From positions 31,434,001 to 31,498,000 of the forward strand of contig OX597818.1 of the NCBI GenBank assembly GCA_951406725.2: a DNA stretch of 64,000 nt. The letters run 5' to 3'. Of the stretch, positions 11,842 to 26,263 are shown in pieces (position 1 is the first letter of the stretch; each line of letters starts with the position of its first letter). The notes beneath the pieces were generated by a model. The model had not been told where the DNA came from and made no database searches. It saw only the letters and a list, made by a program, of their open reading frames with translations. The translations under genes and the position numbers were made by a program. Origin of the DNA: Octopus vulgaris (taxonomy: Eukaryota).

Positions 11842-12074
11842 CATGCATGCACACACACACACACACACATTACTGGCACTCCGTCGCTTACGACGATTGT
11901 TCCAGATGGTCCGATGGACTGAGCATTCCAGGGAAATTCAGCATTACAAGGCTGGCACTTTGAAATAATGGATCAACGTGAAATAAGGAGTCTTGTTTTG
12001 TGTGTGCATACATACAAACATACATACATTCACACACATACACACACATACACGCACACATTCTTTAATTCTTT

Positions 12075-12418
12075 TATTCTTTTACTTTTTTTAGTAATCT
12101 GACTGCGGTGATGCTAGACACCGCCTTTAGTCTAACAAATCGACCACAGTATTTATTTTATCGTGTCGTTTGCCGAACCGCTAAGTTACGGGGGACTCAA
12201 ACACACCTACATTAGTTGTCAAGCGATAGTTTGACAGACACACGCGCACACACACGCAACACACATACACACACACACGCGCGCGCGCACGCACTCATAC
12301 ACACACATATATATATATATATGTATATATATATACCACGGGATTCTTTCAGTTTCTGTCTACCAAATCCACTCACAAGGCTATAATCGGCTCGAGGTTC
12401 TAGTAGAAGATACTTGTA
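12075..12418 (-). mobile_element. SINE family A, diverged and 5'-truncated
   Basis: Homologous to the family A tail and middle. Confidence 0.7.
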
Positions 12419-12684
12419 CAAAAAAAAAAAAAAATTGAGAAATTGACACATAGATATCAGTTTATTTGAAGATGTTCAAATCAATATAATGTGAAATTCT
12501 TAACCCTACAACCGTTTCCATAACCAATTAATTCAATGAGAGAAATTAGATAAAATCAAATTAAATTTGATTAAAATTTTCCTATTGAAACTGGTTAATT
12601 CGATATTTCATCAAGAGATAATTTACTAGAAAGGAGTTACATTCCAACTATATATATACATATATATATATATATGTAAATAGT

Positions 12685-12848
12685 TTTTTTCTCTCCTTGT
12701 TTCTCACCTTGTTTTTTCTGTGCCCCTTTCTGTAGAAGAGCGTAGGCTCGAAACGCAAATGACTTTTTCTATTCCTGAGCGTTATACTAATACATCTGTT
12801 TGTTTGTACACCACCTGTCTTCGTATTTTTTCTTTTTTCGTAAACTCT

Positions 12849-12852
<4 letters not shown>
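12685..12852 (+). mobile_element. Non-autonomous HHR-bearing element, family J
   Basis: CTTT-CTGTAGA-A-GAGC(GTAG)GCTC-GAAACGCA at 12726-12762; conserved tail GAGCGTTATACTAATACATCTGTTTG...CTCCC then (TA)n. Homologues at about 19450-19735(+), 21845-22005(-), 31082-31287(-) and 39655-39922(+). Confidence 0.7.
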
Positions 12853-12897
<45 letters not shown>

Positions 12898-13109
12898 TAG
12901 GTGAATGAATTATCCTATGTTTATCGTCAGCATGGAAAATTCGTTTAACCGAAACCTGGGTAGCAAATTCACGTCAGAAACACGGATGAAGCGACCTGTC
13001 AAGGGTAGAAACTCCGGGTTCATGTGCAGAAATTTGTGTGTTTTATATGAATAATATATATATATATATACACATATATATATCGTTTTATTCTTTCATT
13101 CTTTTTTTA

Positions 13110-13455
13110 TTCTTTTACGTGTTTCAGTGATATGATTGCGGCCATGTCTGAGCACCACCTTAACAGGTTTTAGTCGAAGGCATCAATCCCAGGACTTATT
13201 CTTTGTAAGCCTAGTACTTATTCCATCGGAATTCTTATGCCGGGTAGCAGGGGAAGGGGAGGACAAACACAGACACACACAAATACATACGTACACACGT
13301 ACACATACAAACACACATGAAGGGGTTCTTTAAGTTTCCGTTTACCAAATCCGGTTATAGGACTTTGGTACAGGACACTTGCTGAAGATGCCACGGAGTA
13401 TGACAGAATCCGGAACCATGTGGTTGGGAAGCAAGCTTTTTACCACACACAGTCA
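13110..13455 (-). mobile_element. SINE family A, diverged
   Basis: Homologous to family A. Confidence 0.7.
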
Positions 13456-13458
13456 CAA

Positions 13459-13650
13459 GAGGGTGCTAAAAGTTATTGGCTTTGGGTAAAAAAATAGAAA
13501 GAAATACAGCAAGATCAGTTAATTATGATTTTATTCAGCACATTTCCCCTTCAGACTCACACATTGCAGTAGTCCTTCAGTTTTTCTAAGCCCTGCAAAA
13601 TATCTCGGAAGGCCGCCGACCAGCCCTTAAAGCCAGGAACTTTTCAGCAC
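13459..13650. mobile_element. Tc1/mariner-type MITE (copy 2)
   Basis: TIRs GTGCTAAAAGTTATTGGCTTT and AAAGCCAGGAACTTTTCAGCAC; interior homologous to 63-225. Confidence 0.65.
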
Positions 13651-13651
13651 A

Positions 13652-13693
<42 letters not shown>

Positions 13694-14572
13694 AACTGTC
13701 TTCGAAGACACATTATCGTTCAATGCTCGAAATGAGGAGTAGATACACAGCCGACAAATGATGAAGGGTCGTTTTTTATGTCACTTGTTCTGATTTCCAT
13801 TTGTTTCTCTCGTTTGCGTATTGAACTAATTTCTTTTCATATTTCATGTTGTTTACTGTTGGTGACGTCCTGTACCCATACATACATACATACATACATA
13901 CATACATACACACACACACGCCACGCATCCATTTCCAAGTAAGTTTATCTTAATCTTTTTGATGCGACTCTACTCTATACTGTTTTTTTCCTTCATCGTT
14001 TTCATTCTCATCCTTTCTCTAATTCCCTGTTTTCTCCCCTTCGCCGTTTTCTATATCTCTCACTCTATCCCTCTTCCTCCTTTTCTCTCTCTCTCTCTCT
14101 CGTTGCTCACATGTGACCATCGTCTATTTTTCTTATCTTCGCGTGATCATCTTTCTTTTCTTTCATGACTATCCAAAGGACTGGACGTATCCTATCTCTC
14201 TCTTCTATCTTTTCTCTTGTCAAAGAAAATATTTCTCCAGCGTTCGCTATTTTACCCTCGTTCTGGTCAAACGATCCTCCATGTTTGTTTTCGTCCGGTT
14301 TCCTTGTGTGTATCCACTGTTCTGTTTTTGTTCCCAACTTTGATCCTCCATAAATCCCAAATTTTATTTTGGTACTTATGGGAGCAACTGTCTTCGAAGA
14401 CTCACATTGTCGTTCAATACTCGAAATGAGCAGATAGACAGACGACATCTGATGAAGGATCTTTCTTTGTGTTACTTGTCCTGTTTTCCATTTGTTTCTC
14501 TCGCTGTTTGCGTATTGAACTCATTTGTTTTCGTGTTTCATGTTGTTTACTGTTAGTGACGCCCTATACCTA
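13694..14572 (+). mobile_element. Non-coding element with about 185-bp direct terminal repeats (pLTR-like), family F
   Basis: Direct repeats 13694-13880 and 14386-14572 flank a pyrimidine-rich interior; each repeat carries GAAA...(C)TGATGA in reversed order. Confidence 0.7.
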
Positions 14573-14840
14573 TATATGCATGTGTGTGTGTGTGTATGTG
14601 TGTGTGTGTGTATGTGTGTGTGTGTGTGTGTATATATATATTTTTTCACAACCTGTCACGTGGTCGGATCATCGGCAAATAAACCACTAACCTCACTGAG
14701 GTTGTTTGGTGACAAGGTTGAATTATACGGCGCCTTGTGGGAGGAAAAGTAAGAGCGTCAATGTTCATACTGAAACACGGAAAGTACGTGGAAGCCTGTC
14801 GGTAGGATACATGTCCATATACAGTATATATGTGTGTGAT

Positions 14841-14871
<31 letters not shown>

Positions 14872-15439
14872 TCACATACTATTTCTGGTTGTCATTGAGT
14901 CATATTTCTATATTTATATCTCAAATAGATGACCGAGGTGATCCATAACAACAACATCAACAACAATATCAATAACAGCAACACCAAAGGCTGGAACAAT
15001 AACACCTTCCACCGTCACCAATCGCCCCCCCACTCTCATCACCTCTACATCCACCGCCTTCAACGACAACAAACCGGACCAGAGTAATTTGCAAAGAACC
15101 ACGAAGACGTGAGGTTTACCATAATTCTATTCAGAGAAGTTAGAGTGTGGCGTTTCTTAGCTTCAAAGAGACAATTCTTGCCAATATCTAAAATAAATAC
15201 ACACATTCTTCCTTGGAATTGTTCTAGAAATATGTCTTTGCTATGTTTGCTTATTTATTTATTTATTTATTTATTCATTAAATAAATTTCCTTCTCGGAT
15301 CTTCATTCATTCATTATATACTTTGCTTTCGCTTTTTCTTTCCTTTTTTTAGACATTTCTTTTTCTTCGTTTTGATGTCACTTCAGATTTTCTTTGTGTA
15401 TTTTTTTTTTTACATTTCTTTCTATATATTATTCGTTTA

Positions 15440-16260
<821 letters not shown>

Positions 16261-16529
16261 AAATCTTATTTGGAAATTATCAAACATATTTAATCAATTT
16301 CTCTCTACAAAAGTGCAGGCATGGCTGTGTTGTAAATAAGCTTACTTTGCCACCATGCAATCTTAAGTTCATTCCCACCTGGTTACACCTTTCTCTCTTT
16401 TTGTTTCTCTTCCTTCCCTCTCAACCTTCTCTCTCTCTTTCTCTCTCCCTCCCCCTCTCGCTCTGCCTCTGTCCTTTAGTTTCATTCAGATTCATTCATT
16501 ATTCTTTCTTTCCTTCTTTTGCTTCTATC

Positions 16530-16897
16530 TTATTTCTTTACTACCCACAAAGGGCTAAACATAGAGGTGACAAACAAGGACAGACAACCGGATTAAGTCG
16601 GCCCCAGTGCGTAACTGGTACTTAATTTATCGACCTCGAAAGGATGAAAGGCAAAGTCAACCTCGGCGGAATTTGAACTCAGAACGTAACGACAGACGAA
16701 ATACCTATTTCTTTACTACTCACAAGGGGCTAAACACAGAGGGGACAAACAAGGACAAACAAACGGATGATTAAGTCGATTATATCGACCCAGTGCGTAA
16801 CTGGTACTTATTTAATCGACCCTGAAAGGATGAAAGGCAAAGTCGACCTCGGCGGAATTTGAACTCAGAACGTAACGTGTCTGCCAGCTCGCCGCCT
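16530..16897 (-). mobile_element. Two tandem SINE family B units
   Basis: Two consecutive copies of ...GAAAGGATGAAAGGCAAAGTC(A/G)ACCTCGGCGGAATTTGAACTCAGAACGTAAC. Confidence 0.8.
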
Positions 16898-18067
16898 TAC
16901 TTCCCTTATAATATTACCTTTCCATTCACGATTTAATTTAATTCCTTCCTTTAGGCTTTCTTTCCTATCGTTCTTCTCTTTCTCCTCTTTTTAATCTTTC
17001 TACTTTCTTTCCCTTCTATTTTCTTCCGTTTTTCTTTTCCTTCCCTTTATCTTTCCTTTTCCCTGTCCTTCCTTCCCTTACATATACTATTCCACCTTTA
17101 TCTTCATTTCAAATTCGATCACTATTTCATTCTTTCTTTCCTTTGCTTCTTTCTATTATATCATCTATTTCTTTCTAACCTTCTTCCTTCTTTTCCGTTC
17201 TTCCTTTTCTCTCCTCTCTTTTTTCTTCTCTTCCCTTCCTTCCTTCCTTCCTTCCTTCCTTCATTTCTTCCGTCCTCCCTTCTTTCCTTCTCTCTTCTTT
17301 TACCTTCTCATATTTCTCTCATTCTCTCTTTTTCACTTACCTCTCTTTCATCCCTTCCTGTTTTTTTTCTACAATACCTCTGTATTTTCCTTTTTTTTTC
17401 TTCTTCAATCCCTCGTTATATTTCCTTTCACTCGTTCTTCCGTTCTTTTTTTTTTTTTACTTTCCATTTTACTTTGTCACAACCAAACATTCTTTTTCAA
17501 TCTTATGCGACAAAGAACATTCCTACATTCCATTTCCTTCATAAACATATTTCACGTACCCTTCCTGTTGCTTATCAACATCGTCGACATCGTTGACATT
17601 GTCGTCTGCGTCCCCTGCGTTCTCTACATCGCTTGGTCGTCTGCGTCGTCGTTTTGATTTTAGCTGCTACAGTTTTTGTTATTGTTGTAGTGCTTTATTT
17701 CTTCAACATTTTAAATTTATTTTCTTGGCATCAAAGAATTAATTAATATGATTTATTTATCAAAAACGAAATATAAAACAAATCAGAAAACGTCATATGA
17801 AACTGCGATCATGATAATTTAACAGAAAACTACTGTTTCTTGTCGGGTGGAGTTCATTATAGAGTGAACTTACACCCGTTTAATTTCCGTAAGCAACAGA
17901 TACGACATTTTGCTACCTCGGTTAATATTTGTTTTCAATTATTTCCCATCTCTGAAACTGAGCAAGATAAATATTCTTCAAAAATTACAAGGCATATCTT
18001 TTACATAGAACTGGTAAGAAGCGCAACTTTAACAAAACATGAATACATGTGTGCAAGCGCACGTATT

Positions 18068-18134
<67 letters not shown>

Positions 18135-18178
18135 CATATGAGTATAAATTTATTTATTTGTATAAGTATGTTTCTATC

Positions 18179-18212
<34 letters not shown>

Positions 18213-18229
18213 ATGTATGTAGGTATATG

Positions 18230-18273
<44 letters not shown>

Positions 18274-18841
18274 AACATTATAGAATGTAATATATATGCA
18301 GATTAATGTATACACATTATATATATATGTATATGTATGTGTGTGTATTAGTTCAAATTGAATCACACGCACACATGTGTTATATGTGTATGAATTAATG
18401 TACATATCAAACTATTTAAATGCTTTGCATATTAGACAAGCAAATAAACGAATAAAAGGGGGAAAGAGAGAGAGGAAGAAAGAAAGAAAGAAAGAGAGAG
18501 AGCGCGGAGGAGAGGAAGGAAAGAGAACATCAAAAAGACATACAGAAAAAGAAACACAAAACTACTGTGGAAGAAATATCTGTAAGTGTTCTTTATATAT
18601 GGTTTTTGTTAATATCTACAGACAATCACTGCACACACACACTCATACTCACGTGCAAGCGCATATGAATATATGCGGTCCTTTCCGGATTATTCTTTAA
18701 AAAATATTAACGTTTTAATAAGAATTGGTATGAACATTTAGCACTTGAGTATGCAAATATTTGATTTATGCGCGCGCGTGCACACACAGAAACACACACA
18801 CAAACATGCACACACGTAATCACTTATATCTTGCTATGAAG

Positions 18842-18912
18842 ATCACACTGACGAGTTGCGGACATCTACGTAAGTGGTTATGTAAGTGTTAACAACGAAA
18901 CTGGTTTGTGAT
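18842..18912 (+). ncRNA. Type I hammerhead ribozyme with extended stem II
   Basis: ATCACA-CTGACGA-GTTG(34 nt, partly paired)CAAC-GAAA-CTGG-TT-TGTGAT: perfect 6-bp stem I and intact core. Confidence 0.75.
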
Positions 18913-19449
18913 TAATCTGTATATTTTGTATCTTTTCATTTGTCTTGCTCGCTTACGTTCTGGCCTTTGCTAAATTTTCTTGAGAACATTCATTTCTTAG
19001 TGGTAAGACCATAGGGGGTCGACTTCTAGCATAATAGATGTCCACTTAGTGGTCATCCCTCTTATAATCTTTCTGAATCTTCAGATTTTTCTATATGCTA
19101 AACAACTGGTTTTAAATTGATATTAATCAAATCAATATTCAATTTTTCACCCTTATTTTAAATTTATATATATACATATATAAACTCACTTGCACACACG
19201 AACATATACATATTCTTATATATGGTTCTTGTTAATATCCCAACGCAACCCCCTACCCACAACACACCCACATCACACACCAGCACAACCACACCGCGTC
19301 ACACCACTCCATACACGCTAGCACTGACCACTTCCAAGTACCCACACCACACACCATCATCCACACCCGCATATACTGACACACGCACACATCCACACGT
19401 CAAAGTCACTAGCCCCTATCCACATTCACACACACTTGCACATTCTCAC

Positions 19450-19735
19450 ATACACACATACGCACGGGCACCTTCGTTTTGGGATCACCAATACTTTATC
19501 ATCTCCCTTTCTTTCAACCGCTCCTGTCAAACCATTTTTTTCCTAACCAGTCGCCATGCTTGGCCACTAAATCCACAAGTTTTTAAAATTCTCTCTCTTT
19601 ATTTTCTCTTATTCCTTTCTGCTGAAGAGCGTAGGCTCGAACCGTAAAAGACTTTCTCACTTCCCTGAGCGTCAAACTAATACACCTGCTTGTTCATACG
19701 CCTGTCTTCGTCTTGTTTTTCTGTAAATTTCAACA
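19450..19735 (+). mobile_element. Family J HHR-bearing element
   Basis: CTTT-CTGCTGA-A-GAGC(GTAG)GCTC-GAAC-CG-TA-AAAG at 19615-19650; upstream TTTTGGGATCACCAAT is shared with the 39655 copy. Confidence 0.65.
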
Positions 19736-20002
19736 ATATATATACACACACATATATATATATACATAAACACACACACACATACATTTATATATATCTA
19801 TTATATGTATATAGACACATATATACATACATATATATATATATATATGAATATATATATATATGCCTATGTATATATATATATATATATATACATATAC
19901 ATCTATGTAATAATATTTATATATAAATAGATACATATATGCATACATGTGCATGTGTATACACACACACACACATACACACACACACATACACACACAT
20001 AC

Positions 20003-20037
<35 letters not shown>

Positions 20038-21552
20038 AAACTCACATATATTGAAACTTTGCGTGTGTTATTCTCATTGCCCTTAGGAATCTCCCAAGGC
20101 GCAACAATATATCCAATTTGAACAACGTACATTTTCTATAAGCGCCAGAGGAAGAGATGTTGTGGTGTTTTTTTCCGCTTCTTTACATTCTCAGTTCAAA
20201 TGTTAAGCCACCGAGTTCAAATTAGCCTCTCATCTTTTTGAGGTCGATGAAATATATCCCCATCAACTACTCGGTTTAATACAATAGATTAACAACACCG
20301 TCCAAATGTCTGGCCTTGAACCTATGTAAGAAATTATCATTTTTCTATACATAGTTGACCGTAGCCCTTGTGTCGAAAGTTGGATTTTAACGAACGATTT
20401 CTAACGGCTTTGTTATACTGTCAAAACTTGTTAAAATTTGATATTTTAAGTATGTTACATAATGTTTTCTGGCCTTTTCTTGTTCTACTCAATACTGCCA
20501 TTTGTGGATCATAACATGACACTCGGAATAATGATTTGTGATGAAATACGTTTTCCTCCTCCCCCTCCTCCTCCTCCTCCTCCTCGTCATCGTCGTCAGC
20601 GTCATCACCAGTTAACGACAGAATCTTTTTGATGCAGACTCATTTGCTTAACCCAAAAGAAATATTAACAGAATTTCCTTTAAAATCACACTCGGTTGGC
20701 CTAGAAAAAGGAAGTTCACGGATGATAACGTAATCCTTGGTACCCGGTTCTAGAAAGAAAATGGATAGTCACGACTGCAACGTCTTTGACAATAGGTCTC
20801 GTTGATCAAAATTACCTTAATGACAACCTCTTCGGCGTTATACATCATACAACAGTCCTGGGGGTACCTTTGGCGAAGTATACCCTGTACCAAGCATTCA
20901 TATCTGGTATCCAATGTTGATAAATTGTTATTTTCGTCCACCTTAAAACCTCGGGGAGGAAAGGTCATAGACATTGACATTGCGGCCCAGATTAAATCAT
21001 TAAAATGAATTCAATTAAGATCAAAACGCTTAAATGAGATAATTTAATATAACGTTAATTGATGCAGAGATAAAATGAAATAAAAAGAAATATACTACTT
21101 TTTTTATGTCTCTAGTCTTTCCAATTATATTAAAGTCGCTAGTCTTTCCAGTTATATTATTTCTTGTTTATCTATTCTGTCGACTTACTTTTAGTAATTA
21201 TTTTGAATCCGTCAATAGATAAAACTTTAAAAGACGTTACTTTAACGGAAGTAGGCTTCATGTGAGGTTTTTCTTCTAAATATTGCAAAAGTACGTTTTT
21301 TTTAAAGTTGGTATAATTTGTTTGACTTTTTGTTTCATTGACTCAATCATTATGTTGTAAAGCGATGATAAACAGAATAAACCTGGTGGTCTCTTCGTTG
21401 GAGGTGTCGGGGATTTATATAAACAAAAGTGCATTTTGCACCAAAAGCCAATAAGAGAGATTCTCTCATGTTATCTACCTCAGTATAGTTTGTTCTAACA
21501 GAACATAAGTCGGGATAAATATTACTTCTCGGTATTAATAATGCCTCGGTTG

Positions 21553-21606
<54 letters not shown>

Positions 21607-21635
21607 CATACATATACATATATATATATATATAC

Positions 21636-21696
<61 letters not shown>

Positions 21697-21844
21697 CATA
21701 CATATATATATTTTTTATTTTTGTTTTAAATAAATGTGTAATGACTAATTCAGAGAGAGGCACCATCCATGTCTTTTCATCATGGTGTCTATGACATTTG
21801 AGAGAAATATGAAGGCTTTCCTTAGATTAGAATTAGGACCCAAA

Positions 21845-22005
21845 TATAAACAAAAGACGACGACAGGTAGTGTAGACAACAAACAGATGTGTTAGTATAA
21901 CGCCCGGGAAGTGAAAAAGTATTTAACGTTTCGAGAAAGGAACACAGAAAGAAACAAGGAGAGAAAATAAAGAATGTGTAGTGGCTAGCGATCTATCATG
22001 GCGAA
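21845..22005 (-). mobile_element. Family J element with HHR core/stem II deleted
   Basis: Homologous to 31082-31287 but reads TTTCGAG-AAAGG, lacking the internal segment. Confidence 0.65.
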
Positions 22006-22007
22006 TG

Positions 22008-22055
<48 letters not shown>

Positions 22056-22548
22056 CTACGTATATGTATATTTTAGTGAAGTTTTTAAAGCATATATTAC
22101 CTGCGAACATCATTCCAATCTGGGTTTCATGTATGACTGGATCAAGACATTCGTTCCTATCTGACAGTTTCCAAGATAAGCGTTGGCCAAACATAGTAGC
22201 TGTCTATGAAGTTAAGGATAGATGAATCCCAAAACATTCTTTGAGCAGCATAATTGCTACTATATTCTACCCAGAAATACGTCTCTGAAAAAAAATCAGG
22301 AAGTGGATTTGATGGGTAAAATGGGGGATAAATTCATCATTTCCGAAAGTAGATTTATTGGTCGTGGTTGGAATAATTTTGATCATATTTCTTCTCGGTC
22401 AAGGCTAAACAATGGTAACTCATGTAGCTAAGATACTTTGAAACAGGCTAACAGTACACTAATTCATCTTCCGAAAAATTTGAAAACACCTTTATGCTGT
22501 ACAGACTTTACGATGAAGAGAAATACAAGTGACTCATATATATATATT

Positions 22549-22775
22549 GACGAGCTGGCAGAGACGTTAGCACGCCGGGCGAAGTGCTTCGCGGTATTTC
22601 GCCCGTCGCTACGTTCTAAGTTCAAATTCCGCCGAGGTCGACTTTGCCTTTCATTCTTTCGGGGTCGATAAATTAAGTACCAGTTACGCACTGGGGTCGA
22701 TATAATCGACTTAATCCGTGTGTCTGTCCTTGTTTGTCCCCTCTATGTTTAGCCCCTTGTGGGTAGTAAAGAAAC
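22549..22775 (+). mobile_element. SINE family B, tail B1
   Basis: GACGAGCTGGCAGAGACGTTAGCACGCCGGGCG...GTTCAAATTCCGCCGAGGTCGACTTTGCC. Confidence 0.85.
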
Positions 22776-22911
22776 GTATATATATTGACGATCCAGCGAT
22801 GGAATCTCTCACTGGTCGCTCAAACAGTAAGAAATGACAAATTTATCTTCATCGAATCATATTCTCAATGTCATTAAGATAAGGTCACGCTAAGCAATAC
22901 AAAAAGTATAG

Positions 22912-23240
22912 ACAACCTTCGGTTACGAATGACCATGGGATTGCACCTAAAAAGTTCCCTACCAAGATATAAGTCGGGGCAAGGTCGTTTGTGGAAGAAC
23001 AGCAGTTACCCATGCATACAAGCTTTCTCTCTCCACGCCACTGATGATGTCCAAGGGAAAGGCGAAGGCCAATACAGCGTGGCACCAGTGACGTCACAAC
23101 TCATTTCTACAGCTGAGTGAATTGGAGCAACGTGAAATATAGGGTCTTACTCAAAGAACGCAACACACAGCTCGGTCTGGGAATCGAACTCACAGCTTCA
23201 CGTTTGCAAGCCCGCCGCTCTGACCACTGAGCCATGCGCA
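22912..23240 (-). mobile_element. tRNA-derived CORE-like SINE, family D
   Basis: Reverse strand GCGCATGGCTCAGTGGTCAGAGCG...GAGTTCGATTCCC; core shared with family C but a different 3' tail. Confidence 0.7.
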
Positions 23241-25759
23241 TTTACAGCCTAGGTAATATGGTTCTAGATGTTCTTTGTCATGATAGGAGTTCCATTGGTC
23301 ATATATCTGCTCTGATAGAACTAACTTTACGCTGAACATCACCAACCAACCAACCAACCAACAAACCAACCTACCAACCAGCTCTTTAAATTCACAGTTA
23401 ATTAAGGTGATACATAATACATAATCCATGCTTGTTCTTTACTTACATAACCAATTCTCCACCATTCTTTATCTATTTAATTAATATTTTATGCACAATT
23501 ATCAACCTTCATTTCTTTTCCTTGGCGATCAAATTTCTTTACTTGAATCGTAAACATAGTCAACCAGTTTCTTCTCACGATTACACACTCTCATCATAGC
23601 TTCTCTTTGAAATATTAACTTTCCGTTGCTCCCTAAACAATTAATCTTCATACTTTCTCGTTTCCTTTGTGGAATTACTAATTAACTGTAAGTATCAAGT
23701 GTGCACCGATGGATGTATTAAAGCCTCCCTATAGACTCGCTGCCAACATTATATATTTCTTGTTTCTTTGTTACTTTCTTTCACACACTTCTCTTCCATC
23801 TCTTTCCGTACATACATACATACATACATACATACATACATACATACATACATACATACATACATACATACATACATACATACATGTACACGCATATATG
23901 TTTGTATCTTCGTTTGTATGTACACAGACACATACATTTACACTTATGCACACATGTATGAATATGCCTGTCGCGAACTGTCTCTTACTTTCTGTTTTTT
24001 TATACATACATACAGCTCTAGTATGTATAATCTAGTGCACCCACGTGATCAAAATTCACTAATGCATCAGTTATAAAGTTTTCTCGTATTTCTTGGTGAT
24101 CGTCGAAATCCAAGAGTAGAATTACAGTTCTTTCAACTCGCCTTCCTCAATTATTTAGAACTTTTGCTAAATGATCACCGATTCCTCTATACATGTCTAC
24201 AAATAATTTGCTCTGTTATGTTCTGATAAGATCGACGTTGTTTGCCTACGAATGAAGATTGAAATCATTGCTGAAAATTATTTTCTCTATACAGAATAAT
24301 TCTAAATTCATTTTTTTTTTTTGTGTGGCAATTTGAATGACGTTCTTTTAAAACTTGCCGCTTTTGCATTTTGATAATTTAGTTTGATGATCTTCTCCAG
24401 TGAAGTTCGCCTTTCACTGGTAATCTACCTACTTGCTCTCTTCATACAGAACTTCTAAGGTCAATCAAAGAACACTGCTGACCAAAGATCACCATGACCA
24501 CTAAGAAGACGTGCTTTCTCTCAATTGTTTCCCGATCAACAGGCTTGATTAGAGAATTTCTGTTAATCTCAACCATTTTTGCCAGAGTCCCGTAATTCAT
24601 TGCAAGAGAGCACATTTCTCTCTGCCCTCCCTTTTCTACTAAGTTGAACTAGAAAATCTTGAACAGAGCTTGATTGAAGAAGAAGGAAAGAAGGAATATG
24701 CTTTTATTCCTTACGGCCTCGTCCGTTCCACAGTCTTTCGACATAGTATCAAATAGAAAGAAACTGTCAGTTCAACTTCATTATTAAGAGTGGTAGAGCG
24801 ATCTTTATGATGGACTCGTCTGGTAGCCAGATCCACCCTGCTTTGAGCAACAAATATTTGATATAACTCTACAATTGAGCAATACTCGGACATAATAACA
24901 ACAGTAATATCAATTATTGGTAAGAAGAGCGTACTTCGTTTTGCAACCATGATGTACCACCAAGTATATCAACAATTCCTAAGTCCATACTGTCTCCTAT
25001 TATTTGTGTTAGCTATGTGATGTTGGTTGGTGATGTTCAGCGTAAAGTTAGTCCTATCAGAGCAGATATTTGACAAATGGAACTACTATTATGACAATTA
25101 TATTTGTAAGAACATCTAGAACCATATTACCTAGGGTGTAAATGCGCATGGCTCAATGGTTAGAGCGCCGGACTTGCAATCACGAACTTTTAAGTTATCT
25201 CTACAAGCTTTCTATAGAATTTAGAGCTAGCCACTCAAAGTCACAATATTTCATGTCACTTTTAAATTATTTCTTCAGAAAATCTGTAGAGTGTGAGTGT
25301 ATCGCACTGCTAACACAAAACATAGAACACAGTATAGACCTATCAACTTGTAATGTAATCGGTGGTAATATTCCCCACCAGCAATTAATATGTACGAACC
25401 AGTTGCCAAGAATGTGTTTGATTCGTAAATTGGTCAATCCAAACGTGGCACATCGCTAAACGTGGTGGCTATTTTAAACAATGTTTCCGGAGATGGTTAG
25501 TGGTTGGACAGGGTGCCGATAAGGGATGGGTGTCGTGCATGTACACCTATTACCTAGTTATCGTCTTCGATCGCATTGTTTCCATTGATTTACATTAGTA
25601 TACGAAACGTTGTAACATTCAGTGCTAGCTCTAAATTGTATAGAAAACATGTAGTGATAACTTTAAAATACCAGTAATATCAAAGAATAAATCTTCGGAT
25701 TAAAATTAGGATTAAGATTCAAAATATTGAGGTTTGTTGTTGGATACTTAGTGTAGACA

Positions 25760-26080
25760 CAAATACTTCTTTCAAACAGAGGCACGACTCCACTGTCATC
25801 ATTTCTACCTCTTAGGAACGCCATTTTCAGGTCAGAATACTGTAACTTCATTTGCAAAGCATTCTTACATTCTTGCTCCTTTCTTTCCACTTCATCCAAA
25901 GATTGATTTAGTGCTCATGAGTATTAATTTTCCTTAACATCAAATCCAAATTCTGCATTATTTCTCACACAGTATGCAATAGTTTTGTTGTTAATAAGTA
26001 TTGCATTGATCTATAGTTAGGTGCAGTGTCTCGTTCTTGATTTACAGGTTGTATACTAGATGTTCTGTGATAGACCTGTC
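25760..26080 (-). mobile_element. Possible highly degraded LINE endonuclease fragment
   Basis: Only scattered resemblance to the RTE APE N-terminus (..KWK...YS...RN..). Confidence 0.25.
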
Positions 26081-26263
26081 CATGGACTCTCGAAAAATAT
26101 GAACCTCTTTCTGGTGGTTTGCTAATTTGTGTTCCTACTAAAGTAAAGGAGACGGCTGGTTTATAAGTATAAATGTTACATTTTTAAAGTCATACATACA
26201 GCAAAGAAAATAGGATGCATTCACGTAGATATTCTGGAAGATTTCTCCTAGATGGTCGTCTTG

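Noticed and set aside
14929-15112. Possible short exon or Thr/Asn-rich ORF
   Set aside because: Low-complexity (AAC/ACC)-derived sequence with no supporting neighbouring exons.
24050-24960. Non-repetitive segment inside the inverted duplication
   Set aside because: No convincing ORF or motif; probably an unrecognised old TE.
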